Positions 1 through 12,397 of a stretch of DNA of 64,000 nt are shown piece after piece (position 1 is the first letter of the stretch; every line of letters begins with the position of its first letter). The notes under the pieces were generated by a model that ran no database searches, was not told the DNA's origin, and saw nothing but the letters and a program-made list of their open reading frames with translations. The stretch lies in contig NW_027192207.1 of the NCBI RefSeq assembly GCF_041956535.1, positions 529,374 to 593,373 of the forward strand, given 5' to 3'. The translations under genes were made by a program, and so were the position numbers. Source of the DNA: Calcarisporiella thermophila CBS 279.70 (Eukaryota; Fungi; Calcarisporiellomycota).

Positions 1-477
1 TGGGACCAAGACTATTCCGTGGCCGACCTGTCCCGCGACTACCCCACCCATCTTCCTTCCCCCCACCACAGCCCCCTCGCGACGGGGGCGGGGATGTACC
101 CGCACTCGCCGTCGCCGAGAGGCGGGTATCTCTCCGTCCGAAAGGATTCACTATTCTCGTCGTCGGGCGTGTCCGCCGCCTCCTCCTCCGCGACGGACTC
201 CCAACTCGCCACCAAGATCAAAATCAAGTGTATACCCACGTCCCAGCCGGACCAGATGCGAGTCCTCCTTCTCGACAAAGAGGGGCTGACGTTCAGGGAA
301 TTGATGCGTCGGGTGCAAGAGAAGTTCCGGATCGATGATCGCGTCGTGCTCCGATATCGCGATGAGGATGGCATGATGGTTATCATGGCCGACGACGAGG
401 ATCTGGACTGCGCGAGGACGCTCTCCTGCAACTCCAAGCCGGGGAGGATGGAGCGACTGGAGATCTGGGTTTCCTAG
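1..477 (+). CDS. CDC24: 3' end of a PB1-domain protein, probably the Cdc24/Scd1 Rho-GEF (5' truncated by window edge)
   Basis: C-terminal PB1 domain with acidic OPCA motif (LRYRDEDGMMVIMADDEDLD) after an S/P-rich linker, ending ...LEIWVS*. DH/PH domains lie outside the window, so orthology is not proven. Confidence 0.6.
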   Translation, partial: WDQDYSVADLSRDYPTHLPSPHHSPLATGAGMYPHSPSPRGGYLSVRKDSLFSSSGVSAASSSATDSQLATKIKIKCIPTSQPDQMRVLLLDKEGLTFRELMRRVQEKFRIDDRVVLRYRDEDGMMVIMADDEDLDCARTLSCNSKPGRMERLEIWVS

Positions 478-1025
478 CCCTCACTCCCTCCTCCTCCTCC
501 TCCTCCTCCTCCTCCTCTTCCCCGAATAGCCCCACCTCCGATCTTGCCGTTTATCCACTGTTGCATACTCTGAAAATTATTTATTTCCCTCCACCTATTT
601 CATGCTTGTAATTACTAAAATCGAAGAGGGTTAGAGGGGAGGGGGGGGAAGCTAGATCCCCCTCCTCTCCCCCTTAATAGTCAGTTTCCTTTACCTCTTG
701 TTCTAATCATTTCATTTCCTCGTGGACCTATTTCTCCTTTAATGTAGATATTTCATGTTTATTTCGTTGCTTTCCACTTTTCATTTTCCTATTCGCCCTT
801 TGATTTCGCTGCATCATTAAAATATTCAATAAAGCATTTCCAAGATACGAGATCCTTTATTTTTGAGTGACGTTGAATACTCCGCGTCCCCGATTTCGTG
901 TTTTTTCGCGTTCCAACCAAAGTAAGATTCAGGTTGAGATCGCTCCAAGGATCTTCCCGTTGTATTGGATTGAAGAGGCTAACCGCAACCCCCCCCCCTC
1001 TCTCAGAAGGTCGCCCATATCGATC

Positions 1026-2518
1026 ATGCTTTCCACCCAAGCATCCAGTTCGACCTCGTCTGCATGGTAAATCTCTCACCTCTTCCCCCTCTTCTCTGTG
1101 AAATTTCAATGAAGGATGGAAACCTAACCCCTTCCCCCCGTTTTGAATTGGAAGGATCACGAATTCCAGCGAGGCCATCGAGATCCAGTTCCTTCCCGCT
1201 CAAGATCCTGAGGAGCAGGAGAGCTTCCATCCGGAATTTACCTACCCCATCTTTGGGACGCATGAGCAGATCTACGGCTACAAGGACCTGCGCATTCAGC
1301 TGCTCTACGCATGCGGCTCCCTCACGACCTATCTCTCCATCGACCACTCCGCCGTCGCTGGCTCGAATGCGGACGATGTCATCGGAACCCTAAAGAAATT
1401 CATGCCCGATGATTTCCTGACGAACCGGGACGTGTTCGAGGAGAGAGTGCAGAAGGAAGCCAAGGAATTCCGGCCGATGGGCGAGAAGATCGCAGAGTAT
1501 CGGGTGAGCGAGGACGGCGGCGACGATCGGGTGTACGAGATATTCAAGGCGAGCTTTGTGACGCCTCGCTTCAAGGCGTACCACCGGCGGCTCCAGATAT
1601 TCATGCTCTTGTTTGTGGAGGGGGCGAGCTACATCGATGAGGAGGATGAGCGATGGGAGATCGCGCTAGTGTGAGGATCGCAGGGCATTCCCACTCGCAT
1701 TTGCCCCCGCCCCTATTGACTGTATTCGTGTTTGGCTTAGGTTCGAGAGGTCCGGGGGCGGCAGCGAGCCGCTGTACCGGATTGTCGGCTACGCTACCAT
1801 GTACCCCTATTTCCACTATCCGGACAAGCTGCGCATGCGCATCAGCCAATTTCTGATCCTGCCCCCATTCTCGAACAAGGGTCACGGGAACCGGCTGTAC
1901 CAGACCCTGTACCAAGAGTTCCTGTCGCGCGAGCAGATAGTCGAGATCACGGGTGAGTGGTGTGTTAGGCTGCTGCGGCGCCTCTCCCTCCCTATCAGCC
2001 CCGCTTTCTAACCCCCGCGAGGGATGCCCTTTTGGTTATAGTGGAGGGGCCGAATGACGCCTTTAGCGACTTGCGTGACAAGAACGACCTCCGTTACCTA
2101 ATATCGCAGAATGCCCTCAAGGAATTGGAGGCCCCCGTCCCAAAGGAGACGGTGGCCGAATTGCGCAGGAAATACAAGTTGACCAAGGTAGGCGGAAAAA
2201 GGAAACCGTTTTTTTTATGAACCCGTCACCCCCCCCCCCTTCCCCAAAAACGGTGACAGGGAATCAGGCTAGGGACTAAGCTTAAATTATGGACTGCAGA
2301 GGCAGACGCAGCGGTGCATTGAAATCTGGCTTCTCAAGAACCTTAACAAGACGGATCCGGATCAGATCAAGAGGTATCGGTTGCAGGTGAAGGAGCGGCT
2401 GTATCGGTTCAACCTGGACGCTCTGTCGCAGATGGAGCGCCACGAGCGGCTGGAGAAGCTGGAGGAGACCTACCGCAACGTCGAGGAGGATTACCATAGG
2501 ATTTTAAACCTGTTATAA
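1026..2518 (+). CDS. HAT1: Histone acetyltransferase type B catalytic subunit (spliced, ~5 exons)
   Basis: Spliced translation gives FHPEFTYPIFGTHEQIYGYKDL, HRRLQIFMLLFVEGASYI, RMRISQFLILPPFSNKGHG and VEITVEGPNDAFSDLRD, all typical Hat1 motifs. Confidence 0.93.
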
Positions 2519-3385
2519 CACAAAGTCTTGTCATAAAATCTTCTTCTTCCTCTTCTTCTTCTTCCACAAACGTCATGATCACACTGGATCTTTTCCTCCC
2601 TGTTCTGTTTGACTCTCGCTTGAGCCCGCAGGTTTAATGGGGGTCCGCTTTTGGGAGAGTCCTTGTTCCCCCTCCCTCTTATTTGCGGGAGCATGTGCGT
2701 GTGAGCATGTGTTTTTTTCTGATAAAGTAATATGCCTTTTGAAACCAGCTTTGTTTTTTATTTTTCCCCTTCGCGCCCGCCTGCCCTCCAAGCTTTTCGC
2801 CCGCGGCCCACTCTGTGCTCTTGCTCTCTTGCCCTTAATTATCCGCCACCATGCAACCTTTGGTAAGGGCCTTGTCTTACCGCTTCGGGCAAGCGAGCAC
2901 ATGGTTGCTCAGGAGGATGTTTTGCGCGAGCGTCAAACCCTAGGCCCGCCGCCGCGGTGCTTAGCGGCGCGCCGGCTGCTGTACAAGAGCAAAAGCGACC
3001 GGAGAGGTTGCGAATGAGGTTAGGCCCGCACAAGAACCACGTCAGTAGCGCGAGTTCCCTGCGTTTGGAACCGCACGGCTGTGCGAGCCTGGTTCAATCC
3101 TGACCCGCTTCATAATGCCCGCGGCCCGACGGCTGGATTGGCCGGAGCTGGCTTTTCGCGGTCTCCCAAATGCCTCTGGAACCTGTGTCTGGGTGGCAAG
3201 AACGGTTCTTCTTCAAGTCCGTTTTTTTTTGCGGGTCGGCCAATGGCAGCCGAGCGTGAGTTGTGCTGCATTTTAATGTAGCAAGCTGCCTCTTAAATTT
3301 TGCTTTTTTGCCCTCTTCTCTCCTCTGTCAGTCTTCCCTGCTTTATTCTCGCCGCCTGGGACGCTTCTGGCCCTCTTGTTTCGCT

Positions 3386-3470
3386 GCTTCTCCTCCCTCT
3401 CCTCCCCCCTCCTCCTCTCCTCTCCTCTCCTCTCCTCTCCTCTCTCTCTCTCTTTCTCTCTTTCTCTCCC
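3386..3470. repeat. Polypyrimidine (CTCCT/CT)n simple repeat upstream of the homeobox gene
   Basis: Seen directly in the sequence. Confidence 0.85.
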
Positions 3471-3694
3471 GTTGCGGCTGCCGTCGTCTTTATCCGCGCG
3501 CTCTCGTGCTCTTGCTTGCGTCGTCTCTCTCCTCTCTCCTTCCTGCCTCGGCTTTCCTGTTTCCCCGGGCCCTTTCCCCTCCATTGCACCCGCCGCTCTC
3601 GTTCTGCATTCTGGCCATCTGGCTCTAGCCTCCATTCTCCCCTCTAACACTCTGCATCCTCTCGAAGGCGGTTGATAGATGCCTGCATCTGTCG

Positions 3695-5292
3695 ATGCAT
3701 GAGAAAGACTACGCTTCCTACTCGCTCATAATGGACACCACTTCATACGCCCCACTCTATCCCGCACAGCCAATCACCTCCATGGGCTACGCTCCCCCCA
3801 TGCCCGAGGCAGGGGAGCCTCCGGCCTACTTTCCATCCCACGACGAGCTCTACTCGCCATTCGGGCACGCGTCCGATTTCCCCCACCATCCCCATCCTCA
3901 CTTCCTGGCCCTAGCAAAGGACTCGCTGGCATCGGTGGTCGACCGGCCCAAGAAGCGCACGCGCGCTAATCCCGAGCAGCTCGCGGTGCTCGAGGAGGTC
4001 TTTGCAAACAACCCCTCGCCAAACAGCAAGCTGCGCGAGCTTCTCGCCGAGCGCCTCGGCATGTCGGAGCGCTCGGTGCAAATCTGGTTCCAGAACCGTC
4101 GGGCCAAGACAAAGCTGCTGCAGAAGCGAGCCCTGGTCATGCACCAGGAGGCCCTGCGGTCGCACCAGATGTTCACCGCAATGGCCCATGGGAGCTCGTA
4201 CAGCCCCTACTATCGCCCTCAGGGAAGACGCGGAAGCGGAAAAGGCGACGACACCATGGGGCTGTCCCCCTGCGCAAGCCCAATGGCCGACCAGCTGTCT
4301 GCAAGTTCGGGTAAATATAGCGCCGTCACTCCCTCTCCCCCTCCCCTCTCCCGCCTCTTCTCACCTATGCGTGCCTCTCTAAAATAGCATCCAAATCCGC
4401 GCTCCTGGACCCCACCCAGTTCGATCCCGTCTGGGGCCACCTGCTCGCCGTGGACACGCTCACCATCGGAACGTGGCGCAGAATGGTCATCAACCCCAAC
4501 GACCTGCTCTGCTACTTCAACCCGTCGCGTCGCTGCCTGTCCTGGAGAATACAGGACAGCCACAACCACTTCAAGATGGAGTTCCCCTTCTCGGCCGTCA
4601 CCTCGCTCGAGTTCGTCACCCTCGACGCGGTCTTCGCCCAGATGACCTTCGATCTGAAGGCGCCCCCCGTCTTCTACATGGGGCGCGCATCGTCCTCCAC
4701 GGGCAGCGGCGCCAGCGCAAATTCCAGCCAAGGCGGTGGCGAGGAGCCCTCCTGGCAGCAGTGTAGCGACTTCACCGAGGGCAAACAGGCCTCCTACCGA
4801 CTTCGCCACACCCTGCGCGGAATGGCGCTCTCTCTCAAGCAACAGCTGAGCGAGCTGTATGCCACCGAGCTTCAGCCCGTCATCAAGTTCGAGCCGCATC
4901 TCCTCAATCACATCAGGAGGCTGAGCGCACCGCCCACTCAACAGCAACAGCCGCCACCTCAGCCCCCCCAACAGCAACCGCAGCAGGGCTCCATGCCCCC
5001 GCCCTCATCCACTGCGGCCAACCCCTCGTCGGCTCCCCCCGCCCCCCCAAACAACGTGGCTAGCGCCGCTGTGGACGATGCCGGAAGGGTGAAGCGGTCT
5101 GCCAGCGTGCCCGCCTATGCCCAGCAGCTGCAGCTGCAACAGCTTCAGCAACAACACATGCAGCAAAGAATCGCCACCGTTTCGATGGCGGCGGGAGGCG
5201 ATGAAAAGACTCCGCACCTCTTGTCGGGCTTCCAAATGTCTCAGCACTTCCCCCCACAAAAGCCGCAACAGCAACAACAACAACAACAACAA

Positions 5293-5327
<35 letters not shown>

Positions 5328-5592
5328 ATCGCAGTCCCAACAACAGCAATCGCAACCCCCGCCACCACCGCCTCAGCAGCAGCAGAACTACGTAAAGTCT
5401 TCAGCAATACCGGCCGGGTCTGGGGATGGATTTGCACTGTCCTCCAAAGCGATGAGATGGAACACTCCCGGGGAAGTGGCGGAGGGCGAGGTGAAGGGAG
5501 ACGGAGCCACTCTTCCCCCTGCTGACGAGAAGATGTACCATCCATTGTCCATGGGGCTGGGTTTCGACGGTATCGAAACGTCCGAAAACTAG
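3695..5592 (+). CDS. Homeodomain transcription factor (HOY1/Phx1/Pah1-like) with a PH-like domain and poly-Gln; intron ~4311-4387
   Basis: Homeodomain RPKKRTRANPEQLAVLEEVF...SVQIWFQNRRAK, followed by a TLTIGTWRR...FKMEFPFS..F domain typical of fungal HOY1-type proteins, then a Q-rich C-terminus. Confidence 0.88.
5267..5345 (+). repeat. CAA/CAG trinucleotide repeat encoding poly-Gln
   Basis: Seen directly within the homeobox CDS. Confidence 0.9.
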
Positions 5593-6238
5593 AGATATAT
5601 TTACCGTTTTTGTGCCCATTGGCTTTATTGTTGTTATTTTTTCGCATAGAATATTTTATGTTTTCTTTCTTGTCACACGGTCCTTTTCAGCATCCCCCCT
5701 CTCCTCTTGCAATCCCACTTTGCATCCATTGTTCACAGTCATTTTATTTTTTCACGCTCATTTGTCATACTGTTTCTCTGCATTGAACACCAGCACATTA
5801 TCTCATTTGAAAACCTTTTGTGTTTTTGTCTTTTTTTTTTTTGTCTATTTTCTTTTCTCTTCTACTCTTTTTCTTTTATTAGCATTTTAATCCTTCCAAT
5901 ACTTTTTTTTTTCATATGTATCATCTTAATGCCTTTTTGGATTCTTTAGATTTTTTTTCTCCTTTTTTATGAAGCATCTTCTTGTTTATGTGTGAGTAGT
6001 TGTGCAAAATTTAAAGAGCTGATTTTCATGACCCCCGTGAACCCGAATGAATGGACTCGAGTGTCAATGGAGGATGTGTGCAGGGTTCTTGTCTCGGCAC
6101 TACCATGGCCGTGAAAGGGTGAAGGGACTACTATTCTTAGTGGGCCAATCGATTTGGATCAAAAGTCCCTTTCTGAAGGATCCACTCCCCCAAGGGAAAT
6201 ATCCCCTATTCCGTACCCAACGCGTGTCGGTCACAACT

Positions 6239-6916
6239 ATGGCTACCTCCGAGACATCGATGAAGGAGGCGCCAAGCGACCTGATGGCAGGCGACTTCAT
6301 CTCCCAAGTGGCTCCCGTCATCGAGGAATTGGATCAGCAATTGCGTCAGCTCGTGTAAGCTAATCTGGCTAAGAGGCTTGATCTTGTCTCCTATAACTGA
6401 TCGCCCTCTTTCAATATTGGTGTTTAGCGAAGAGCAAGAGCTTCTTCTCGCCAAAGTCTCTCACATTGACGTCAATGACATTTCGCATTTAGAATCCACG
6501 GTAATCCCCGCTCTCCTCTCGTCTCCCTCTTTCTGTCCCCACCCCCTCTCTCGCCCACTGCTTCCAGCGACATTCACTAATTTCTTATTTCTACTCTACC
6601 CATTTCTACACCCTACTGTGCTCTCCGTGTTATACAGTTCTCCAAGATACCATTCTACACTTCCAAGCTCCAGTCATATCGCTCACAGATGCAGAATATC
6701 ATTCAACGCAGTGCCCAGCTGAAAAGGCGCGCTAGGGCTCTCAAAGAGCAACGGATGCAGCAGCTAGAGGCTATCCGAGATGGCATGGAGAAAGAAAAGG
6801 AAAGAGACGTATTGGTGGCCGCCAAAGTGGTGCAGCAGAAGGCGCCGGTCTTGGTGAAGAAGCGACCGAAGAAGAAGCCGGAGACTGAGAAAAAAGGCAA
6901 GTCGCGAGAGAACTGA
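6239..6916 (+). CDS. Snapin/Pallidin-family BLOC-1 subunit (3 exons)
   Basis: Short coiled-coil protein: APVIEELDQQLRQLV|EEQELLL...FSKIPFYTSKLQSYRSQMQNIIQRSAQLKRRARALK, resembling Pallidin. Confidence 0.65.
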
Positions 6917-7252
6917 CGGGTGTGGCCGAGAGGACTCGAAGGGAGCAATCTACGCAGTCCTTACCAGAGGAAGGAGGTAGGATTTTGATCCGTGGGGATT
7001 GGTATAGGGGGGGGAGAGATGAACCATCATCATGGATACGGTTCTAAAGATTGACTCTCCTAAATGGATATCATGTTCTGTTTATTTGTTCTTTCTCGTG
7101 TGTATATATCTTTTAACCTCCCCCTCGAAAACACTTGTTTATCCTTCTTCACGCACACTTATCTTTAATACAGTCACCTCCTTCGGGATGGGACCCTCTG
7201 TTTCCTATGATGACTCTTCCTACCGAAGCTCGCTGAAAATCGGTTGCAAGAT

Positions 7253-7273
7253 TGACGTCACACCTAACCCTAA
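7253..7273 (+). promoter_or_regulatory. CRE (TGACGTCA) next to a telobox-like CCTAACCCTAA in the ATP1 promoter
   Basis: Exact motifs ~150-170 bp upstream of the ATG. TGACGTCA also occurs at 24833 (NOT2 upstream) and 63543 (SNP1/ERV1 promoter). Confidence 0.4.
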
Positions 7274-7425
7274 TTTCTCTCCTGATGTTTACACGACCCC
7301 CTGTTTGTTATTACTTCAACACTTTTTTTTTCGCAGCTATTTTTCTTCTCTCCCTACTCTTCTTTCCCAATCCGTTTTCACTACACTTTATCTCCGGAAG
7401 GAGGATTAGCTGAAGATTATATACA

Positions 7426-8359
7426 ATGTTGAGGACTGCTGCACGCCTTGTTGCTAAAGCCCCCGTGGCCACTGTACGTATTTTTTGCTTCGATTGTTAG
7501 TTTTGTCGGGCCCTTCGATTGCATTTTCTTAATGCTTGCTTGCGAGCATAGCAAGATGAGATGCGACCCATTTCTTCTTCCCCCCTTTTGTTCTCGTCTC
7601 TTGTTTACCCTTTATCTGCCAAATGAGTTACCGTTTTAGCTGCTATTATTAATCTGCTTTTTTTTTTGATGCTCCGGGACGGCCTAGATCAAATTGTTTA
7701 CTAATTTTCGCCTGTTATTTTTTATTTTTTTTTCCCGTAGATCCGCCCAAATGTAGGTGTTCTTGGCGTTGCAGCCCGCACCTTCGCCAGTGCCAAGGCA
7801 TCAACCTCGGAAGTCTCTTCCATCCTTGAGCAGCGCATCATTGGCTCCTCTGCTGACATTGATGTGCAGGAAACCGGTCGTGTGTTGACCATTGGTGACG
7901 GTATCGCACGTGTCTATGGTTTGAAGAACTGCCAGGCCGAAGAGATGGTTGAATTCTCTAGCGGTCTCAAGGTGAGTTTCCCGAGATGGCCTCCACCCAT
8001 CTTGACTCGCTATTTTTGCTGCCTTTGCTGACTTTGCACTGGGTTACGTTTCACTACGCTAGGGTATGGCTCTCAACTTGGAACCCGACAATGTTGGTAT
8101 TGTTGTGTTCGGTAACGATCGTCTCATCAAGGAGGGCGACACTGTGAAGCGTACTGGAGCTATTGTGGACGTTCCCGTCGGTGAGGGTCTGCTTGGCCGT
8201 GTGGTCGATGCTCTCGGTAACCCCATCGATGGCAAGGGTCCCATCAAATCCAGCGAGCGCCGCCGTGTCCAGGTCAAGGCCCCCGGTATTCTTCCCCGTC
8301 GCTCCGTGCACGAGCCCATGCAGACTGGTTTGAAGTCCATCGACTCCATGGTCCCCATT

Positions 8360-8391
<32 letters not shown>

Positions 8392-9561
8392 TCGTCAGAC
8401 CGGTAAGACCGCCGTCGCCCTCGACACCATCCTCAACCAGCGCCGCTGGAACGATGGCAACGATGAGACCAAGAAGCTGTACTGTGTGTACGTGGCCGTC
8501 GGTCAGAAGCGTTCCACCGTCGCCCAGCTCGTGAACACCCTTGAGGCCAACGGTAATTCTTCGCTTTGGCCCTCGCTCTCTTTGGTCTGGTGTCTAACCG
8601 AATGGTGATCCCCCCTCCTATAGATGCCCTCAAGTACTCCGTCGTCGTGGCTGCCACCGCCTCTGAGGCCGCCCCCCTTCAATACCTCGCTCCCTTCTCC
8701 GGCTGTGCCATGGGTGAATGGTTCCGTGACAACAGCAAGCACGCCTTGATCGTGTACGACGATTTGTCCAAGCAGGCCGTTGCCTACCGTCAAATGTCTC
8801 TCCTTCTCCGTCGTCCCCCTGGTCGTGAGGCCTACCCTGGTGACGTCTTCTACCTTCACTCCCGTCTCTTGGAGCGTGCCGCCAAGATGAACAAGGACCA
8901 CGGTGCCGGTTCCCTCACCGCCCTCCCCATCATCGAGACCCAGGGTGGTGATGTGTCCGCATACATTCCCACCAACGTCATTTCCATCACCGACGGTCAG
9001 ATCTTCTTGGAGGCTGAGCTGTTCTTCCGTGGTATCCGCCCTGCCATCAACGTCGGGTAAAGTTTTGCTTTTCGGCCGAAACCAAACCCCCCGCCCCACG
9101 ACTAACCATGCCCTCTCTTCCCACCCCTTAGTCTCTCCGTGTCTCGTGTCGGATCTGCCGCCCAGAACAAGAGCATGAAGCAGGTCGCCGGTTCCCTCAA
9201 GCTCTTCCTTGCCCAGTACCGTGAGGTTGCTGCCTTCGCCCAGTTCGGTTCCGACTTGGACGCCTCGACCCGCTTCCTCCTCAACCGTGGTGCCCGCTTG
9301 ACCGAGTTGTTGAAGCAGCCCCAGTACTCGCCCATGCCCGTGGAGCAGCAGGTGGCCATCATCTTCGCCGGTGTCAACGGTTTCCTGGACCGCATCCCCG
9401 TCAACAAGGTCACCGAGTTCGAGGGTGCCTTCCTTCCCTACATGACCTCCAACCACGCCGACTTGTTGGACACCATCCGCACCGAGGGCAAGCTTTCCGA
9501 GGATTCCGAGGCTAAGCTCAAGAAGATCACCGGTGACTTTGTGAACAACTTCAATGCGTAA
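7426..9561 (+). CDS. ATP1: Mitochondrial F1 ATP synthase alpha subunit, nuclear-encoded (5 exons)
   Basis: Presequence MLRTAAR..., [18 protein letters not shown], Walker A GDRQTGKT and [26 protein letters not shown]. Confidence 0.98.
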
Positions 9562-10116
9562 AGACTGTTTTATGTAGAGTAAAAAAAATAAGAGGGGTGT
9601 GATGTTTGTGTTTTTTTTTTCTTTTCCATTTCCTTTTAAATTATACACATAAAGAAATATTACTTTTATTCTTTTACTAGACAATGAAAATGGACGCTCA
9701 CTTCCTCACGAAACATTTTTGCCCCCCCAAAAGTGTACATTATCCATCTCAGTTAAAAGCGAATCTACACAGAATTCTATTCTAGAGCAAACCTCCCTCC
9801 CTCCCTGGCGAAACTAACAAGCACAAGCTTAAACAATAGAAATAAATAGGCTCTGCCCCATTCTATTAAATGAAATGCAGCCGAACTAATATAATAAGGA
9901 ATGCATGAGGGGCGGGGAGATATTAGTACACAGGAATTAATTTGCAAAGGAAAAGAAATAAAAGGAGGGTTGAGAGGGGCATTCATTGTAATTTGTCGTT
10001 TCTTCAGAACCATTAGCGTCCCAAGAGTCGTCCAAACTGGCTCAGCTGCCCTCCAAAATGGCCCCTTCCGTCCCCTCCTCTGAAACCTCCTTAATACCGC
10101 GGCGATTCCGCCATAG

Positions 10117-11793
10117 TTAACGCTTGCCCTTGTGGCTACCCTTCTTCTTGTCCTTCTTCTTGTCCTTCTTGTCCTTCTTGTCCTTCTTGCCCTTGCTCTT
10201 CTTGCCTTTGTAATCGTCCTTGTCGTCTTTATCATCATCTTTATCATTGTCATCATCATCATCTTTATCATCACCGTCATCATCATCATCTTTATCATCA
10301 CCGTCATCATCGTCGTCGTCGTCTTTGTCGTTATCATCGTCACCATCGTCATCATCCTTCTCGTCATCGTCGTCATCGTCGTCTTTATCATTGTCATCGC
10401 CATCGTCTTCATCATCCTCATCCTCATCTTCATCATCCTCATCATCATCGTCATCGTCATCATCATCATCCTTGTCGTCGTCTTTATCATCATCATCGTC
10501 ATCATCCTTATCATCGTCGTCGTCATCATCATCACCATCCTCGTCGTCATCTTCATCATCTTTATCATCCTTATCATCATCATCGTCATTATCGTCATTA
10601 TCGTCATCATCGTCATTATCGTCATCATCGTCATTATCGTCATCATCGTCATCATCCTTATTGTCATCATCGTCATCGTCGTCATCATCCTTACCGTCAT
10701 CGTCATCTTCGTCATCTTCGTCGTCTTTCTTATTTTTATCTCCTTTGTCATCCTTGCCGTTTTCCTTCTTTCTTTTCTTCTTCTTCTCGTCTTCTTCTTG
10801 TTTGTTGCCTTTTTGCTTGTCCTTGTTTGCATCCTTTTCTTCTGGTTTTGCATGAGATTTCGTTTTGTCACTCTCAACCCCTTTGTCGCTTTTCAGCATG
10901 GCCATCTTTTTAAGGGGAGCCGCTTTTCTGAAAGCGAGCGACTGGGAGTTGTTTTCCGGCGCTGAAGTGGTTCCTTGACGAGTGACCGTGATGATCCTTC
11001 GGTTATTGAACGCTTTGCGGCCGTGGTTTTTATCCACCGTGAACTCCTTCATTTGCGGATATCCTTTCACGTTCACCACCAGCAGCTCCGGGCCGGTGAT
11101 TGAGCCCGCCTCGTTGCTATCGTTCTCAATGGTGATATCCGCGCAGTTCTATTGACGTGGAGATAGTGAGCATGCATGAAGAGACGCCCTCTATTTTTCA
11201 ATCCCCGAGAAGCACTTCCGAGCTTACCATGTAATATTCCCGGTTGCCCTCGGCGTTCACCCATGTCCACGCAAAAGTTGCGTTGCCTGCCGGTGCACTG
11301 GCGGGGATGGTGATGTCGTATTTCTTCTTGGTCGGGCAAGTCTCCATCTCATCGTGGATGACGACAAAGGTCTTGTCGCCATCGTATGAAAGCGCCCACT
11401 GGCAATTGCCGCCCTTATGCGTCGCTGGGCCGGCATACTTTGTGTGGAGCGTTTCACCCGCTTTCACCTTGGTAAGCGCAGGACCTGCCGGGTACTTGCA
11501 AGGAAACTTGGTACCCTTATAGCCCACAAATGCTATGGAATGCCAGAGGGGGGGGGGGTCAGTACGTCGTCCAGAACAGCATGATTGAAAATTTGAAAGG
11601 GAGGAAGGAGGGGGTGGGGGAGAAAAGCAACTCTGTAGGACATCATACCTATATTGTCGTAGTCGACTTTGTTTTTCTTTTGATAATACTTGGAGAATTG
11701 AGACCGCCGTGGCTCTGGAAAACTCATTTCCATATGCGCCGTGCATAGCGTGCTGATGCCTAGCGCCGCGGCAATGGCAAGGAAATTCTTCAT
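10117..11793 (-). CDS. Secreted AA11-family lytic polysaccharide monooxygenase (copy A) with a very long poly-Asp tail; introns 11533-11648 and 11149-11227
   Basis: Signal peptide followed by His1 (HMEMSFPEPR), FPC, ATHKGGNCQ (second His) and FAWTWVNAEGNREYYMNCAD (axial Tyr), which is the AA11 histidine-brace signature. Confidence 0.88.
10220..10725 (-). repeat. GAT/GAC trinucleotide low-complexity tract encoding poly-Asp
   Basis: Seen directly; it also produces the spurious poly-Ser, poly-Ile and poly-Met ORFs in other frames. Confidence 0.95.
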
Positions 11794-12397
11794 TATAATT
11801 AGGAGGGGTAGGATAGATTGGCTTGACCAGCAAGTGTGTTATCGAGTTGCGAGAGAAGAGGAAAAGGAGCGTGAGGAAGAATGGTTGAAAATGGAAAAGG
11901 CTTTCTATAGCATAGCACTAGGTGAGGCTTTTTTAGGACTCGAAAGCATTTTCCCTCGCGGGGGGGATATATTAGTTTGGGTAACTTGATCTTTGAAATC
12001 TTCCATATTGAGGCATGGTGAGAGATCAGCCAATGGGTGGACGAGGAAATGAGATTCGAAACAAAGATAATTACTTTCCTAGTCGGATCCGGCGGGGATA
12101 GCTTCGAGATGGTTGCGCTTGGTTTCCCCCTTTGTGCAGTTGCTTGGAGGAGACGTAGGGGCAGTTGCCATTGTTGGAATCGTGCACGGGCATCACAAAG
12201 TCTCACCGTGAGCAAGATCCGACCCCATTGAATCAATTTCATTTTTTTCATGTCAACCTGCCAAGGAAGCTTAAAATGAAATTTGCTGTGCTCAATGAGC
12301 CCAAAAGATGAAATTATTCAGGCAGGCTTTAGGGCGATTGCATATTGACCGCAATGGTCATTCCGGAGAGGGCTTTATTTAGACTTGTGCACACGTA

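Noticed and set aside
3263-3675. Overlapping ORFs in the CT-rich tract
   Set aside because: Low-complexity 5' UTR/promoter sequence that lacks stops by composition.
7263-7273. CTAACCCTAA as a telomerase RNA template or interstitial telomere
   Set aside because: It is under two repeat units and lies in the ATP1 proximal promoter, so a telobox-type site or chance is more likely.
7426-9561. ATP1 as a NUMT
   Set aside because: It has spliceosomal introns, a presequence and biased nuclear codon usage; atp1 is normally nuclear in fungi.
9777-10965. Long poly-Met/Thr, poly-Ile/Val and poly-Ser ORFs
   Set aside because: These are alternative-frame artefacts of the GAT/GAC poly-Asp repeat.
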